A stretch of 64,000 nucleotides of DNA, from assembly GCA_963825635.1 (NCBI GenBank), contig CAWGTU010000001.1, forward strand, positions 1,086,259 through 1,150,258. The letters run 5' to 3'. This document shows positions 28,448-38,040 of this stretch, piece by piece (the stretch's first letter is position 1; each line of letters starts with the position of its first letter). The notes under the pieces were generated by a model, which had not been told where the DNA came from, searched no databases, and saw only the letters and a list, made by a program, of their open reading frames with translations. Source of the stretch: an uncultured Actinomycetes bacterium. GTDB lineage: Bacteria; Actinomycetota; UBA4738; HRBIN12. Made by a program: the position numbers and the translations under genes.

Positions 28448-29028
28448 TGGACATCACCGCCCGCCTGAACCATCTGGACGAGATGGTCCGAGAGGCCAAG
28501 GCGATGCCGCTGTCGTCGTCGGTGCTGGTGAACCGAGACGAGGTACTCGACCTGATCAACGAGATGCAGGAGGCCCTGCCCGACGAGATCAAGCAGGCTC
28601 GGTGGGTCGTGAAGGATCGCGAGGATCTGCTCGCGAAGGCCCGCGCCGACGCCGAGGCCATCGTGCAGCAGGCCCGCGACGAGCAGCTGAAGATGGCCCG
28701 TCAGGAGGCCGTCGTCGCCCGGGCAGCCGAGGAGGCCGAGCGCGCGTTGGCCGAGGCGGACGAGCAGGCCCGTGGGATGCGCCGGGAGGCGGAGGCGTAC
28801 GTCGACGCCAAGCTGGCGCAGTTCGAGATCGCGTTGCGCCGCATCCTCGAGGATTCCCAATCGTCCTCGCGCGCCCTCGCGAAGACCCTCGACCAGGTCG
28901 AGGTCGGGCGAGAGAAGCTGCGCACCCCCGGCACCGCGGCCGAGCAGGAGTTCGGCGGGTCGGACGGGTCCGCCCACGAGGGCCGGCCCTCTCGCGAGAC
29001 GCCGCTCTTCGACGAGGAGGAACGATGA
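28447..29028 (+). CDS. Coiled-coil protein (SepIVA/Rv2927c-like)
   Basis: EAKAMPLSSSVLVNRDE...LPDEIKQARW; conserved position between coaD and yceD. Confidence 0.8.
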   Translation: MDITARLNHLDEMVREAKAMPLSSSVLVNRDEVLDLINEMQEALPDEIKQARWVVKDREDLLAKARADAEAIVQQARDEQLKMARQEAVVARAAEEAERALAEADEQARGMRREAEAYVDAKLAQFEIALRRILEDSQSSSRALAKTLDQVEVGREKLRTPGTAAEQEFGGSDGSAHEGRPSRETPLFDEEER

Positions 29029-29537
29029 TCGCGGAGATCGACGTCAGCGACCTGATCGGACAGCCGGGGTCATCGAAGCACCACGCCGTGGCCGAGCCCC
29101 TCGTCGGCCTCGGCACCGAGCTCGCCCGCGTCCGCGATGACGTGCCGATCCGGGGCGACCTGCTGCTCGAGGCCCTGGTCGAGGGCATCCTCGTCACCGG
29201 CACGGTCCGGGCAACGCTCGCGTTGCGGTGCGCTCGCTGCCTCAAGGAGTTCGAACAGCTCGTGGCCGTCGAGGTGCACGAGATGTTCGTGGTCGATCCC
29301 GAGCCCGACACCGACGACTACCCGCTCGACCCCGAGGGTTCGCTCGATCCCGACCAGATGCTTCGCGACGTGATCGGGGTCGAGCTGCCCTTCTCTCCCC
29401 TGTGCCGACCCGAGTGCCAGGGCTTGTGCCCTGTCTGCGGGGGGGATCGCAACCTGGACGAGTGCCCCGGGCACGTGGAGGTCGACCCGCGCTGGGCGGC
29501 CCTCGAACAGCTCGCGCCCATGCTCGACGAGAACTGA
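29025..29537 (+). CDS. yceD: YceD/DUF177 family protein
   Basis: CARCL, PLCRPECQGLCPVCG, DPRWAAL; precedes rpmF. Confidence 0.9.
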   Translation: MIAEIDVSDLIGQPGSSKHHAVAEPLVGLGTELARVRDDVPIRGDLLLEALVEGILVTGTVRATLALRCARCLKEFEQLVAVEVHEMFVVDPEPDTDDYPLDPEGSLDPDQMLRDVIGVELPFSPLCRPECQGLCPVCGGDRNLDECPGHVEVDPRWAALEQLAPMLDEN

Positions 29538-29578
29538 TACCTGACCGGAGACCATCCGGAGACGACAAGGAGCGACAG

Positions 29579-29755
29579 ATGGCGGTTCCGAAGAAGAAGC
29601 AGAGCAAGTCACGCGGCGACAAACGCGCCGCCAACTGGAAGGCGTCGGCGCCCGCGTTCGCCGAGTGCCCACAATGCAAGCAGCCCAAGCTCTCGCACAG
29701 GGTCTGCGGCAACTGCGGCTACTACGCCGGCCGCCAGGCGATCGAGGTCGAGTAA
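29579..29755 (+). CDS. rpmF: 50S ribosomal protein L32
   Basis: MAVPKKKQSKSR...CPQC...HRVCGNCGYY. Confidence 0.96.
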   Translation: MAVPKKKQSKSRGDKRAANWKASAPAFAECPQCKQPKLSHRVCGNCGYYAGRQAIEVE

Positions 29756-29761
29756 CCCGTC

Positions 29762-30538
29762 GTGGCCGAATCGCAGGCTGACGCCCGGGCCGTGGCCGGG
29801 GCGACGATGCCGCTGGAGTCCCTCGACGCTGCCCTCGGCGTGACGTTCTCCGACGCCGCGCTGCGCGAGGCGGCCCTGACGCATCGCTCGTTCGCGTTCG
29901 AGCGGGGCCTCACGGTGACGAACGAACGCCTGGAGTTCCTGGGGGATTCGGTGCTCGGACTCGTCGTCACCGACATGGCCTACGCCACGTATCCCGACAT
30001 GCCCGAGGGTTCCCTCGCGAAGCTGCGGGCGGCGATCGTGAACATGTCCGCGCTCGCTGACGTGGCACGCTCCCTGCGGCTCGGCGACGTCGTGCTGCTC
30101 GGCAAGGGGGAGGAGCAGAGCGGCGGGCGCGACAAGTCGTCGATCCTCGCCGACGCGCTCGAGGCCGTCTTCGGCGCTGTGTACCTCGACCGAGGGCTCG
30201 CGGTCGCCACGGAGCTGATCGAGCGGCTGTTCCGGCCACGGATGCAGGCGTACGTTCGTGGCGAGGGCGATCGCGACTACAAGACGATCCTGCAGGAGCT
30301 CGCCTCACAGGCGCTTCGCTCGATGCCCGAGTACCGGCTCGAGGAGCGAGGTCCGGACCACGAGAAGGAGTTCACGGCCACCGTGCACCTGGGCGGCGAG
30401 CCGATGGGGACCGGCATCGGCCGGTCCAAGAAGGAGGCCGAACAACGGGCGGCCGCTGAGGCGTTCGCACGTATCTCCGAACGTTTGGCGCCTGAGGCGG
30501 AAGGCCTCGTGAGGGGGGACCAGGGTGGAGCTGCCTGA
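29762..30538 (+). CDS. rnc: Ribonuclease III
   Basis: [32 protein letters not shown], dsRBD. Confidence 0.96.
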   Translation: MAESQADARAVAGATMPLESLDAALGVTFSDAALREAALTHRSFAFERGLTVTNERLEFLGDSVLGLVVTDMAYATYPDMPEGSLAKLRAAIVNMSALADVARSLRLGDVVLLGKGEEQSGGRDKSSILADALEAVFGAVYLDRGLAVATELIERLFRPRMQAYVRGEGDRDYKTILQELASQALRSMPEYRLEERGPDHEKEFTATVHLGGEPMGTGIGRSKKEAEQRAAAEAFARISERLAPEAEGLVRGDQGGAA

Positions 30539-31367
30539 AGTCGAAGTGATGCGCCGCGACCTCGAGAAGGACGTCGTGGGGCTGCGCATCAAAGACGCCG
30601 AGGTCAAGGGCTCGAAGAACGCGATGCGCGTGATCCGGCGTCACAAGACGCGGAAGGACTTCACCTCGCGCCTGATCGGCCGCAAGATCGCCAAGGTCGA
30701 GCGGCGGGGCAAGTACATCCTCATCACCCTCGACTCGAGCGACGTGCTGGTCGTGCACTTCGGCATGAGCGGACAGTTCCACCGGGGCACTGGGCGTGTC
30801 GCGATGCCGCCTCACACGCACGTCGTGCTGACGTTCCAACAACGCGGCGACCTCCGATACGTCGATCCGCGCACGTTCGGTGAGATGTTCGTGACGAGCG
30901 CCGACGAACTCGGCAAGGTGAAGGAGCTCCAACACCTCGCGATCGATCCGCTCGATCAGGTGTTCACCTGGCCCACGTTCCAGTTCCTGCTCGCCGACAG
31001 GGCATCGAAGATGAAGCAGCTCATGATGGACCAGAAGTTCATCTCGGGGCTCGGCAACATCTACTCCGACGAGGTGCTGTTCCACGCCGGCATCCGGTAC
31101 GACCGCATGAGCGACGCGCTGTCCTCCCAGGAGGTCCGACGGCTCTACCGGGCGATCCAGGAGGTACTGCAGGAGGCGATCAAGCTCCGGGGCACGACCC
31201 TGGACGACGAGGCCTACGTCGATCTGTTCGGCAACCCGGGGGAGTACGGCCCGGAGCTCAAGGTGTACGGGCGTCTCGGGCTGCCCTGCCGCCGGTGCCG
31301 AACGCCGATCGAGAGCGTGAAGATCTCGCAGCGAAGCTCGTTCTACTGCCCTCAGTGCCAGAGCTGA
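30525..31367 (+). CDS. mutM: Formamidopyrimidine-DNA glycosylase (Fpg/MutM), N-terminus MELPEVE
   Basis: [33 protein letters not shown]4 zinc finger. Confidence 0.92.
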   Translation: MELPEVEVMRRDLEKDVVGLRIKDAEVKGSKNAMRVIRRHKTRKDFTSRLIGRKIAKVERRGKYILITLDSSDVLVVHFGMSGQFHRGTGRVAMPPHTHVVLTFQQRGDLRYVDPRTFGEMFVTSADELGKVKELQHLAIDPLDQVFTWPTFQFLLADRASKMKQLMMDQKFISGLGNIYSDEVLFHAGIRYDRMSDALSSQEVRRLYRAIQEVLQEAIKLRGTTLDDEAYVDLFGNPGEYGPELKVYGRLGLPCRRCRTPIESVKISQRSSFYCPQCQS

Positions 31368-31377
31368 TCCGCGATGC

Positions 31378-31965
31378 TCAGACGAGCTCGGCGCCCGCCT
31401 CCCGCATGCGGGCCAGGGCGGTGGCTCCGTCGCCGGGCTGGAGCTCGACCGCGCGCACGGCGTCGGTCAACACCTCGACCGGGTAACCGAGCATCCTCGC
31501 GTCGAGGACGGTCTCGACCACGCAGTAGTCGGTGGCCAGTCCGCAGATCACGAGCCGCTCGATGCCGTTCGCCTCGAGCATCTCGTGCAACAGCGTGTCT
31601 CCCCGTTCGCCCGAGAGTGGGTCACGCACGCTGAATCCGGAGTAGCCGTCACGGCCGTCGTGACCCTTGCGCACGACCTCGCTGTCGGCCACGAGCAGGT
31701 CCTCGTGGAACTCCGCTCCGTGCGTGTCCTCCACGCAATGCACCGGCCAGATGCCACCGTCCCGCTGGAAGTGCGGGGTGTGCTCCGGGTGCCAGTCCTG
31801 CGTGTAGACGACCTGGGCTCCCGCCTCTCGCGCCCGCTCGACCTCAGCGTTGACGATCGGCACGATCTGCTCGCCGCCGGCGACGTAGAGGCTGCCGGAC
31901 GGGTCGGCGAAGTCGTTCTGGACGTCGACGACGAGCAGCGCGGTGCGGGCATCGTAGGTTGCCAT
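31378..31965 (-). CDS. pncA: Nicotinamidase/pyrazinamidase
   Basis: VDVQNDF, QDWH, WPVHCV, YSGF, GLATDYCV. Confidence 0.9.
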   Translation of the reverse strand: MATYDARTALLVVDVQNDFADPSGSLYVAGGEQIVPIVNAEVERAREAGAQVVYTQDWHPEHTPHFQRDGGIWPVHCVEDTHGAEFHEDLLVADSEVVRKGHDGRDGYSGFSVRDPLSGERGDTLLHEMLEANGIERLVICGLATDYCVVETVLDARMLGYPVEVLTDAVRAVELQPGDGATALARMREAGAELV

Positions 31966-32027
31966 GGCCGCTCAATGTACCGAACACGAGGCCGGCCAAC
32001 GTGCGTCGCCGGTGGCACCATGGCGGT

Positions 32028-32297
32028 GTGCGCAGGGTCCACGTGGAGGTTCGAGGGCAGGTGCAGGGGGTCTTCTTCCGGGCGTCGTGCGTCGAGCGGG
32101 CGCGGGCGCTCGGCATCGGAGGATGGGTCCGCAACACGCTCGACGGCGGCGTCGAGGCGGAGTTCGAAGGCGAGCCCGACGCGGTCGATGCGATCCTCGC
32201 CTGGTGCGCCGAGGGTCCGCCCTTCGCGCACGTCGAACGGGTCGACCTGCGGTGGGAGCAGCCGACGGGTGAACGGGAGTTCCGCGTCGCCCGATAG
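32028..32297 (+). CDS. acyP: Acylphosphatase
   Basis: GQVQGVFFR, GWVRN, GPPFAHV. Confidence 0.92.
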   Translation: MRRVHVEVRGQVQGVFFRASCVERARALGIGGWVRNTLDGGVEAEFEGEPDAVDAILAWCAEGPPFAHVERVDLRWEQPTGEREFRVAR

Positions 32298-32339
32298 CCT
32301 CCACCGGTCAGAATCACATCCCTGTTAGCATCCGCCCAC

Positions 32340-35300
32340 ATGTTCCTCCGGTCGATCACGATCCGCGGGTTCAAGTCGTTCGCGGACAAGACGGTGCTCG
32401 AGTTCATCCCGGGCGTGTCGGTCATCGTCGGGCCCAACGGCTCGGGCAAGTCCAACCTGGTCGACGCGATCAGTTGGGTGCTCGGCGAACAGGGCGCCCG
32501 ATCGCTCCGAGGCGGGCACATGGCCGATGTGATCTTCGCGGGCACGCCCTCTCGACCCGCTCTCGGCATGGCCGAGGTGAAGCTCGTGATCGACAACTCC
32601 GCGGGCAAGATCCCCGTGCCGATGAGCGAGATCGAGGTGGCGCGCACGATCTTCCGGTCGGGGGAGTCGGAGTACCGCATCAACGGCCAGGTCGTGCGCC
32701 TGCTCGACGTGCAGGAGCTGCTCTCCGAGACCGGCATCGGTCGCGCGCTGCACACCGTGGTCGGACAGGGCCAGCTCGAGGAGGTGCTTCTCGCCAAGCC
32801 GGAGGACCGCCGCAAGTACATCGAGGAGGCTGCGGGCGTCGCGAAGCACCGACGCCGCAAGGAACGCGCCGAGCGCAAGCTCGCGAACCTCGACCAGGAC
32901 CTGCTGCGCCTGGCGGACGTGCTCGCCGAGCTGCGTCGGCAGTTGAAGCCGCTGCAGCAGCAGGCGGAGATGGCGAAGAAGCACGAGACGCTGACGACCG
33001 AGGCGGAGACGCTCTCCCGCACGCTCGCGGCCGCTCGGCTCCGCGCCCTGCTGCGCGAGCGGGATCGCCGAGCCGAGGGGTGGCAGCGGGGCCTCGACGA
33101 GCGCACCGCCGCCCGCGAGCGACTCGACGCCCTCGACGGCGAGGTGCTCGCCGCCGCCGACGCGCGGGCCGCGGCGTCGACCGCGCTGGCCGAGGCCGAG
33201 GTCGCGTTCCGCAGCACCGCCGAGGACCGACGTCGCGCCGAGCGATCCCTCCGCGAGGCCGTGGAACACGAGGGCGCGGCGCGCGAACAGCTCGCGTCGC
33301 ACGCCTCGCGAGCCGCCCGGGTCGATGCCGTCGACACCGAGATCGCTCGCATCGAGGCCGAGCTGACCGACGTCGTCGCCCAGCTCGAGCGCAGCGAGCG
33401 CGAGCTCGAGGTGGCCGAGCTGGCCTTCCGTGCCGCGGAGCAGGAGCGCCACCGCATCGAGGATCTGCGGCGGCAGGCCGGCGAGGCGGCTGCCGGCCGC
33501 CGAGCCGAGGTCGACGCGCTCGAGCGCTCGCTCGCGTCCAGCGAGCGGGAGCGGGGGCGGCTCGCAGGGTCGCTGGCAGCGGTGCGCGAACGCATCGCGG
33601 AGGCCGAGTCCGAGCGCGTGGGACTCGAAGGCGAGATCGAGACGTTCGACGACCAGTCCGCGCCGATGAGCGAGAAGCGGGCCGCCCTCGAGACCGAGCG
33701 CCGAGGCTTGGTCGACAAGATCGAGGAGCTCGACGATGTCCGGCGCCGGCACGAGGCGCGCCGCGACCTGCTCGAGGCGCGGCGGCAGGACATCGAGGAG
33801 ACGGCGGGCTCGCGCTTCCTCAAGGGACACAAGGGCCGCGCGATCGGATTGCTGAAGGACCTCGTGAAGGTCGAGCCCGGACTCGAGCGTGCCCTGGTCG
33901 CGGCGCTCGGACCGCTCGCCGACGCCGTCGTGTACGACGACGGCGACCGGGCGCTGGCCGACGCGCCCGAGGGCGACGGCGCGATCCTCGCGATCGCCTC
34001 GGGCGGGCCCGTGCCGATCGGGGTCGCCGGCGAGCGCAAGCTGCTCGCAGCGGTCGTGGCCGAGCCGGCGGCCCGGGGCATCGCCAGCACCCTGCTCCGC
34101 GACGTCTATCTCGCCGAGACCGTTCGCGAGGCATCGGAGAAGCAGCGCCTCCACCCCACCGCGGCGTTCGTGACCCCCGAAGGCGTGCTCGTCGGGCCGG
34201 CGGTCATCCATACGGCCAAGGAAGCCGACGCCCGCGCCCGCGAGATCAGGGCCGAGCTCGTCGTCGTCGCGCACGACCTGTCCGCCACGATGAACGCGCT
34301 GAGTCCCAAGCGCGAGCGCCTCGAGGAGATCGGTGGCGAGATCGACTTCCTGAGGGAACAGATCGAGGCCGCCGACGCTGAGATCACATCGGTCGCCGAG
34401 CGTCTCGCGGGCCTCGAGCGCGACCTCAGCGGCATGCGCAAGGAGGAGGAGCTGCTCGCCCAACGCCTGACCGCGCTCGACGAGACGGTCGCGGTTGCGC
34501 GTGAGCGCCTGGTGTCACTCGGGCCGTCCGCGTCCGAGCCGGCGCCCGACCTGCCGCCGACCCCGCAGCCTCCGGTCTCGGCCCGGGTGGCGGTGGAGAC
34601 GCTGCGGCGGGACCGCTCCGCCCACGACCTGAGGATGGCGGCGTTGCGCATAGAGCGCGACGAGCTATCGGCCGACGACCCTGTGGCGATGCGGGCGGCC
34701 CTCGAGGCCGCCGAGGCCGCTCGCGAGGCCGCCGAGGCCGAGGTTGCCCTTGCCGAGGCCGCCGCACTCGCGGCGGCAGGCGCCCGCGACGCCGCCGCAA
34801 CCGCCGAGCGCGAGGTCGCCGAACGTGAGGCCTCGGTCAACAAGGCGTGGCGCGACGCGTCGACCGAGCTCGAGCGTCTGCGCGAGGCCTACGAAGGCGA
34901 CGACCGCAACCGCGGTGACATCGAGCGGCGCATCCGCGAGGCCGAGCGGTTGATCCGCGAGGGGCACCAGGCCGATCCGGAGGAGCTCGTCGCCGCGCTG
35001 AGCGACGACGACTCGGTCGAGGCGCTCGAGAAGCGATCCGAGCTGGTGCAGCGCCGCCTCGCCCTGCTGGGGCGCGTGAACCTGCTCGCCACCGGAGAGT
35101 TCGAGGTCCTGCAGGAGCGCCACGACTTCATGGCCCGCGAGCTCGACGACGTGAAGCACGCCCGCCGTGATCTGCTCGAGGTGATCGCGCAGGTCGATCG
35201 CGAGATCACCGAGACGTTCACCGCGGCTTACCGAGACGTTGCCTTGCAGTTCGAGCGACTGATCAAGGATCTGTTCCCCGGCGGTGACGGCCGCCTGGTG

Positions 35301-35789
35301 CTCACCGACCCTGCCGAGCCGCTCACGAGCGGCATCGAGATCGAGGCCAGTCCCGGTCGCAAGCGGGTCAAGCGGATCTCGCTGCTGTCGGGTGGAGAAC
35401 GCTCGCTCACCGCGATGGCGTTCCTCTTCGCGATCTTCACCGCCCGCCCCTCGCCGTTCTACCTGATGGACGAGGTCGAGCCCGCGCTCGACGACGTCAA
35501 CCTGCACCGGTTCCTGCGCCTGGTCGAGGGCTTCGCTCGCGAGTCGCAGGTGCTGATCGTCACGCACCAGAAGCGCACGATGGAGATCGCCGCGATGATG
35601 TACGGCATCTCGCTCAACAAGGACGGCACCACGAAGGTGGTCGCGCAGCAACTCGATCATCCGACCTCCCTCGAGACCGATGCCCGGCTCGAGGGCGAGC
35701 GGGAAGCCGCCGCGGCGGCGTTCGCCCCCCAGACGTCCGCCGACGACGAGCCGGTGATCGAAGTGCCAGAGGGCGAACCGGTCGGCTAG
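32340..35789 (+). CDS. smc: Chromosome segregation protein SMC
   Basis: GFKSFA, GPNGSGKSN, coiled coils and hinge, LSGGE, MDEVE, VTHQKRTM. Confidence 0.96.
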   Translation: MFLRSITIRGFKSFADKTVLEFIPGVSVIVGPNGSGKSNLVDAISWVLGEQGARSLRGGHMADVIFAGTPSRPALGMAEVKLVIDNSAGKIPVPMSEIEVARTIFRSGESEYRINGQVVRLLDVQELLSETGIGRALHTVVGQGQLEEVLLAKPEDRRKYIEEAAGVAKHRRRKERAERKLANLDQDLLRLADVLAELRRQLKPLQQQAEMAKKHETLTTEAETLSRTLAAARLRALLRERDRRAEGWQRGLDERTAARERLDALDGEVLAAADARAAASTALAEAEVAFRSTAEDRRRAERSLREAVEHEGAAREQLASHASRAARVDAVDTEIARIEAELTDVVAQLERSERELEVAELAFRAAEQERHRIEDLRRQAGEAAAGRRAEVDALERSLASSERERGRLAGSLAAVRERIAEAESERVGLEGEIETFDDQSAPMSEKRAALETERRGLVDKIEELDDVRRRHEARRDLLEARRQDIEETAGSRFLKGHKGRAIGLLKDLVKVEPGLERALVAALGPLADAVVYDDGDRALADAPEGDGAILAIASGGPVPIGVAGERKLLAAVVAEPAARGIASTLLRDVYLAETVREASEKQRLHPTAAFVTPEGVLVGPAVIHTAKEADARAREIRAELVVVAHDLSATMNALSPKRERLEEIGGEIDFLREQIEAADAEITSVAERLAGLERDLSGMRKEEELLAQRLTALDETVAVARERLVSLGPSASEPAPDLPPTPQPPVSARVAVETLRRDRSAHDLRMAALRIERDELSADDPVAMRAALEAAEAAREAAEAEVALAEAAALAAAGARDAAATAEREVAEREASVNKAWRDASTELERLREAYEGDDRNRGDIERRIREAERLIREGHQADPEELVAALSDDDSVEALEKRSELVQRRLALLGRVNLLATGEFEVLQERHDFMARELDDVKHARRDLLEVIAQVDREITETFTAAYRDVALQFERLIKDLFPGGDGRLVLTDPAEPLTSGIEIEASPGRKRVKRISLLSGGERSLTAMAFLFAIFTARPSPFYLMDEVEPALDDVNLHRFLRLVEGFARESQVLIVTHQKRTMEIAAMMYGISLNKDGTTKVVAQQLDHPTSLETDARLEGEREAAAAAFAPQTSADDEPVIEVPEGEPVG

Positions 35790-35799
35790 CCTCGCGAGC

Positions 35800-36861
35800 G
35801 TGACGTTCACCATCATCGTCTTCGGGACCCTGGCGGTCCTGGCGGTCGTCGGCTTCTTCGTGATCCGGTCCTCTCGCGGTTCGCGCCTGCAGGACCTGGA
35901 GCGAGAGACGCACACCGGCGCGGGGCACGTGCGCGAGCCCACCCGCATGCATCCGGCGAAGCAGCGACACGAGCCGGTACACCACGAGGCGGGTGCCTCT
36001 GGTGGCGTCTTCCACAAGGAGGGGCTCGGCGCCAAGGTCAAGGCGCTCTTCACGGGTGGCGTCGGCGAGGAGACCTGGAAGCGGCTCGAGGACCTGCTGG
36101 TCAAGGCCGACGTCGGGCCGAAGGGGTCGGCCGATCTGGTCGGGCGCGTCAAGGCGGACTTCGCGAGCGGCGGTGACCCGGTGGCGCTGTTGCGTGAGGA
36201 GATCGTCGCGGTGCTCGGACCTGACGGATCGTTGCGTCTGCCGCATGGCCGTCCCGGCGTCGTGATGGTGGTCGGGGTGAACGGCGCCGGGAAGACGACC
36301 ACGATCGGCAAGCTCGCGAAGCGCCTCACCGGCGAGGGCAAGCGGGTGAGCATCGCCGCCGCCGACACGTTCCGTGCGGCGGCCGGTGAGCAGCTCGAGG
36401 TCTGGGCGACGCGCGCCGGGGCGCAGCTGGTGAGCCAGGAGCGCGGCGCCGATCCTGGGGCGGTGGCGTTCGACGCCGTGAAGTCGGCCACCGCCCGCGG
36501 GGCCGACGTGCTGATCGTCGACACCGCCGGCCGTCTCCATACGAAGACGCCGTTGATGGACGAGCTCGGCAAGGTCAAGCGCGTGATCGAGAAGGCCGGC
36601 GCTCAGGTCGACGAGACCCTCCTCGTGCTCGACGCCCAGACGGGGCAGAACGGCATCGCCCAGGCGAGGGCGTTCACCGACGCCGTCGAGGTGACCGGGG
36701 TGGTGCTCACGAAGACCGATGGATCGGCGAAGGGGGGCATCGTGCTCGCCGTGCGAGAGGAGCTCGGCGTGCCGGTTCGCTTCGTCGGCGTCGGCGAGGG
36801 AGCCGACGATCTACGGCCGTTCGACGCGGGCGCCTTCGCGGAGCGTCTGCTGTCCGGCTAG
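35800..36861 (+). CDS. ftsY: SRP receptor FtsY with N-terminal TM anchor
   Basis: GVNGAGKTTT, DTFRAAA, DTAGR, TKTDGSAKGG. Confidence 0.95.
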   Translation: MTFTIIVFGTLAVLAVVGFFVIRSSRGSRLQDLERETHTGAGHVREPTRMHPAKQRHEPVHHEAGASGGVFHKEGLGAKVKALFTGGVGEETWKRLEDLLVKADVGPKGSADLVGRVKADFASGGDPVALLREEIVAVLGPDGSLRLPHGRPGVVMVVGVNGAGKTTTIGKLAKRLTGEGKRVSIAAADTFRAAAGEQLEVWATRAGAQLVSQERGADPGAVAFDAVKSATARGADVLIVDTAGRLHTKTPLMDELGKVKRVIEKAGAQVDETLLVLDAQTGQNGIAQARAFTDAVEVTGVVLTKTDGSAKGGIVLAVREELGVPVRFVGVGEGADDLRPFDAGAFAERLLSG

Positions 36862-36891
36862 CCCGAAGACACCAGAGCAGAGGGGGTCGCG

Positions 36892-37281
36892 GTGCCCGAA
36901 GTCCGGATCCTCATCGTGGAGGACCATCCCACGATGCGCGAGGCGATGCGTCTCGTGCTCGAGGGCGAGGGGTTCTCGATCGAGGAAGCCGCCGATGGGC
37001 ATCGGGCGCTCGAGATGGTGCGCGCCGACCCGCCCGACCTCGTGTTCTTGGACATGAACATCCCGGGGTCGAACGGTGCCGAGGTGCTGGCGTCGGTGCG
37101 CGCCGACCCGTCCACGGCCGGGGTTCGGGTGATCATCGTGACGGCCGACGGTGAGGAAGGTCGCGAGCGCGCCATGGCCCTCGGTGCCGACGAGTACTTC
37201 ACGAAGCCGTTCAGCCCGATCACGCTGCTGCGCACGGTCGAGAGGGTGCTCAGCGCGCCGCCGCACGCACCGGAAGCGTGA
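36892..37281 (+). CDS. Single-domain response regulator (CheY-like receiver)
   Basis: LIVED, DLVFLDMNIP, IIVTA, YFTKPF; no output domain. Confidence 0.9.
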   Translation: MPEVRILIVEDHPTMREAMRLVLEGEGFSIEEAADGHRALEMVRADPPDLVFLDMNIPGSNGAEVLASVRADPSTAGVRVIIVTADGEEGRERAMALGADEYFTKPFSPITLLRTVERVLSAPPHAPEA

Positions 37282-37951
37282 CGCGAAACGTCGTCCCCCC
37301 ACCGGGGGTCGGCTCGGCGGTGACCTCGCCGCGTAGCGCATCGACGAGTCGCCTGGCGATCGCGAGGCCGAGACCCGAGCCCTCCGCGGAACGCGCGCCC
37401 TCAGCCGTGCGGTAGAAGGGCTCGAAGACACGCTCGCGCTCGATGGCCTCGATGCCGATGCCGTGATCGATCACGGCGATGCCGATCGCGTCGTCGGCCA
37501 CCGAGCTCACCTCCATCGTGACGGGGGCCGTCTCCTCCGAGTACTTCAGCGCGTTCGTGAGCAGGTTCGTGAGCACCTGACCGAGCCGCAGCGCGTCGGA
37601 CTCGATCGTCGGCGGCGCATCCGCAGTGATGCGGAGCTCGATGCGATCGGCGCCGCCGGGGATCTCCCGGACGAGCTGCTCCAGTGCGGGCACGAGCACG
37701 ATGGGTTCGGGGAGCACGGTGAGCGACACGTCCTCGAGGCTCTCCATCGTGACGAGATCGTCGGCGAGACGGATCAGCCGGTCGGTCTGGGCCGCGATGA
37801 CCTGCAGGAACTCGTCGATCTCGTCTTCGGTCAGTTCGTCGCGCCTGCGTTGCAGCATGTCCACGAAGCCGCGGATCGCGGCGAGCGGGCTCCGCATCTC
37901 GTGGCTGGTCACGGCGATCAGGCTCACGTCGCGCAGATCGGACTCAGGCAT
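37250..37951 (-). CDS. Histidine kinase (HisKA + HATPase only)
   Basis: SHEMRSPL, NLLTNALKY, DHGIGI, FEPFYR, GSGLGL. Confidence 0.88.
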   Translation of the reverse strand: MPESDLRDVSLIAVTSHEMRSPLAAIRGFVDMLQRRRDELTEDEIDEFLQVIAAQTDRLIRLADDLVTMESLEDVSLTVLPEPIVLVPALEQLVREIPGGADRIELRITADAPPTIESDALRLGQVLTNLLTNALKYSEETAPVTMEVSSVADDAIGIAVIDHGIGIEAIERERVFEPFYRTAEGARSAEGSGLGLAIARRLVDALRGEVTAEPTPGGGTTFRVTLPVRAAAR

Positions 37952-38040
37952 GGCACCCCCCCGGTAGAATCCTAGTCGCCGCGGCCCCGCCTCCGGGCGC
38001 GCTGCGCTCGTTCCCCCAGGCGACGACACGACGAGGTCAG

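Noticed and set aside
30531-30545. CTG start restoring an MPEVE N-terminus for Fpg
   Set aside because: It would delete the conserved ELP residues and misplace the catalytic Glu; not favoured.
34690-34810. GAGGCCGCC tandem-like repeats
   Set aside because: They encode EAA coiled-coil sequence in SMC; no spacer structure, so not CRISPR.
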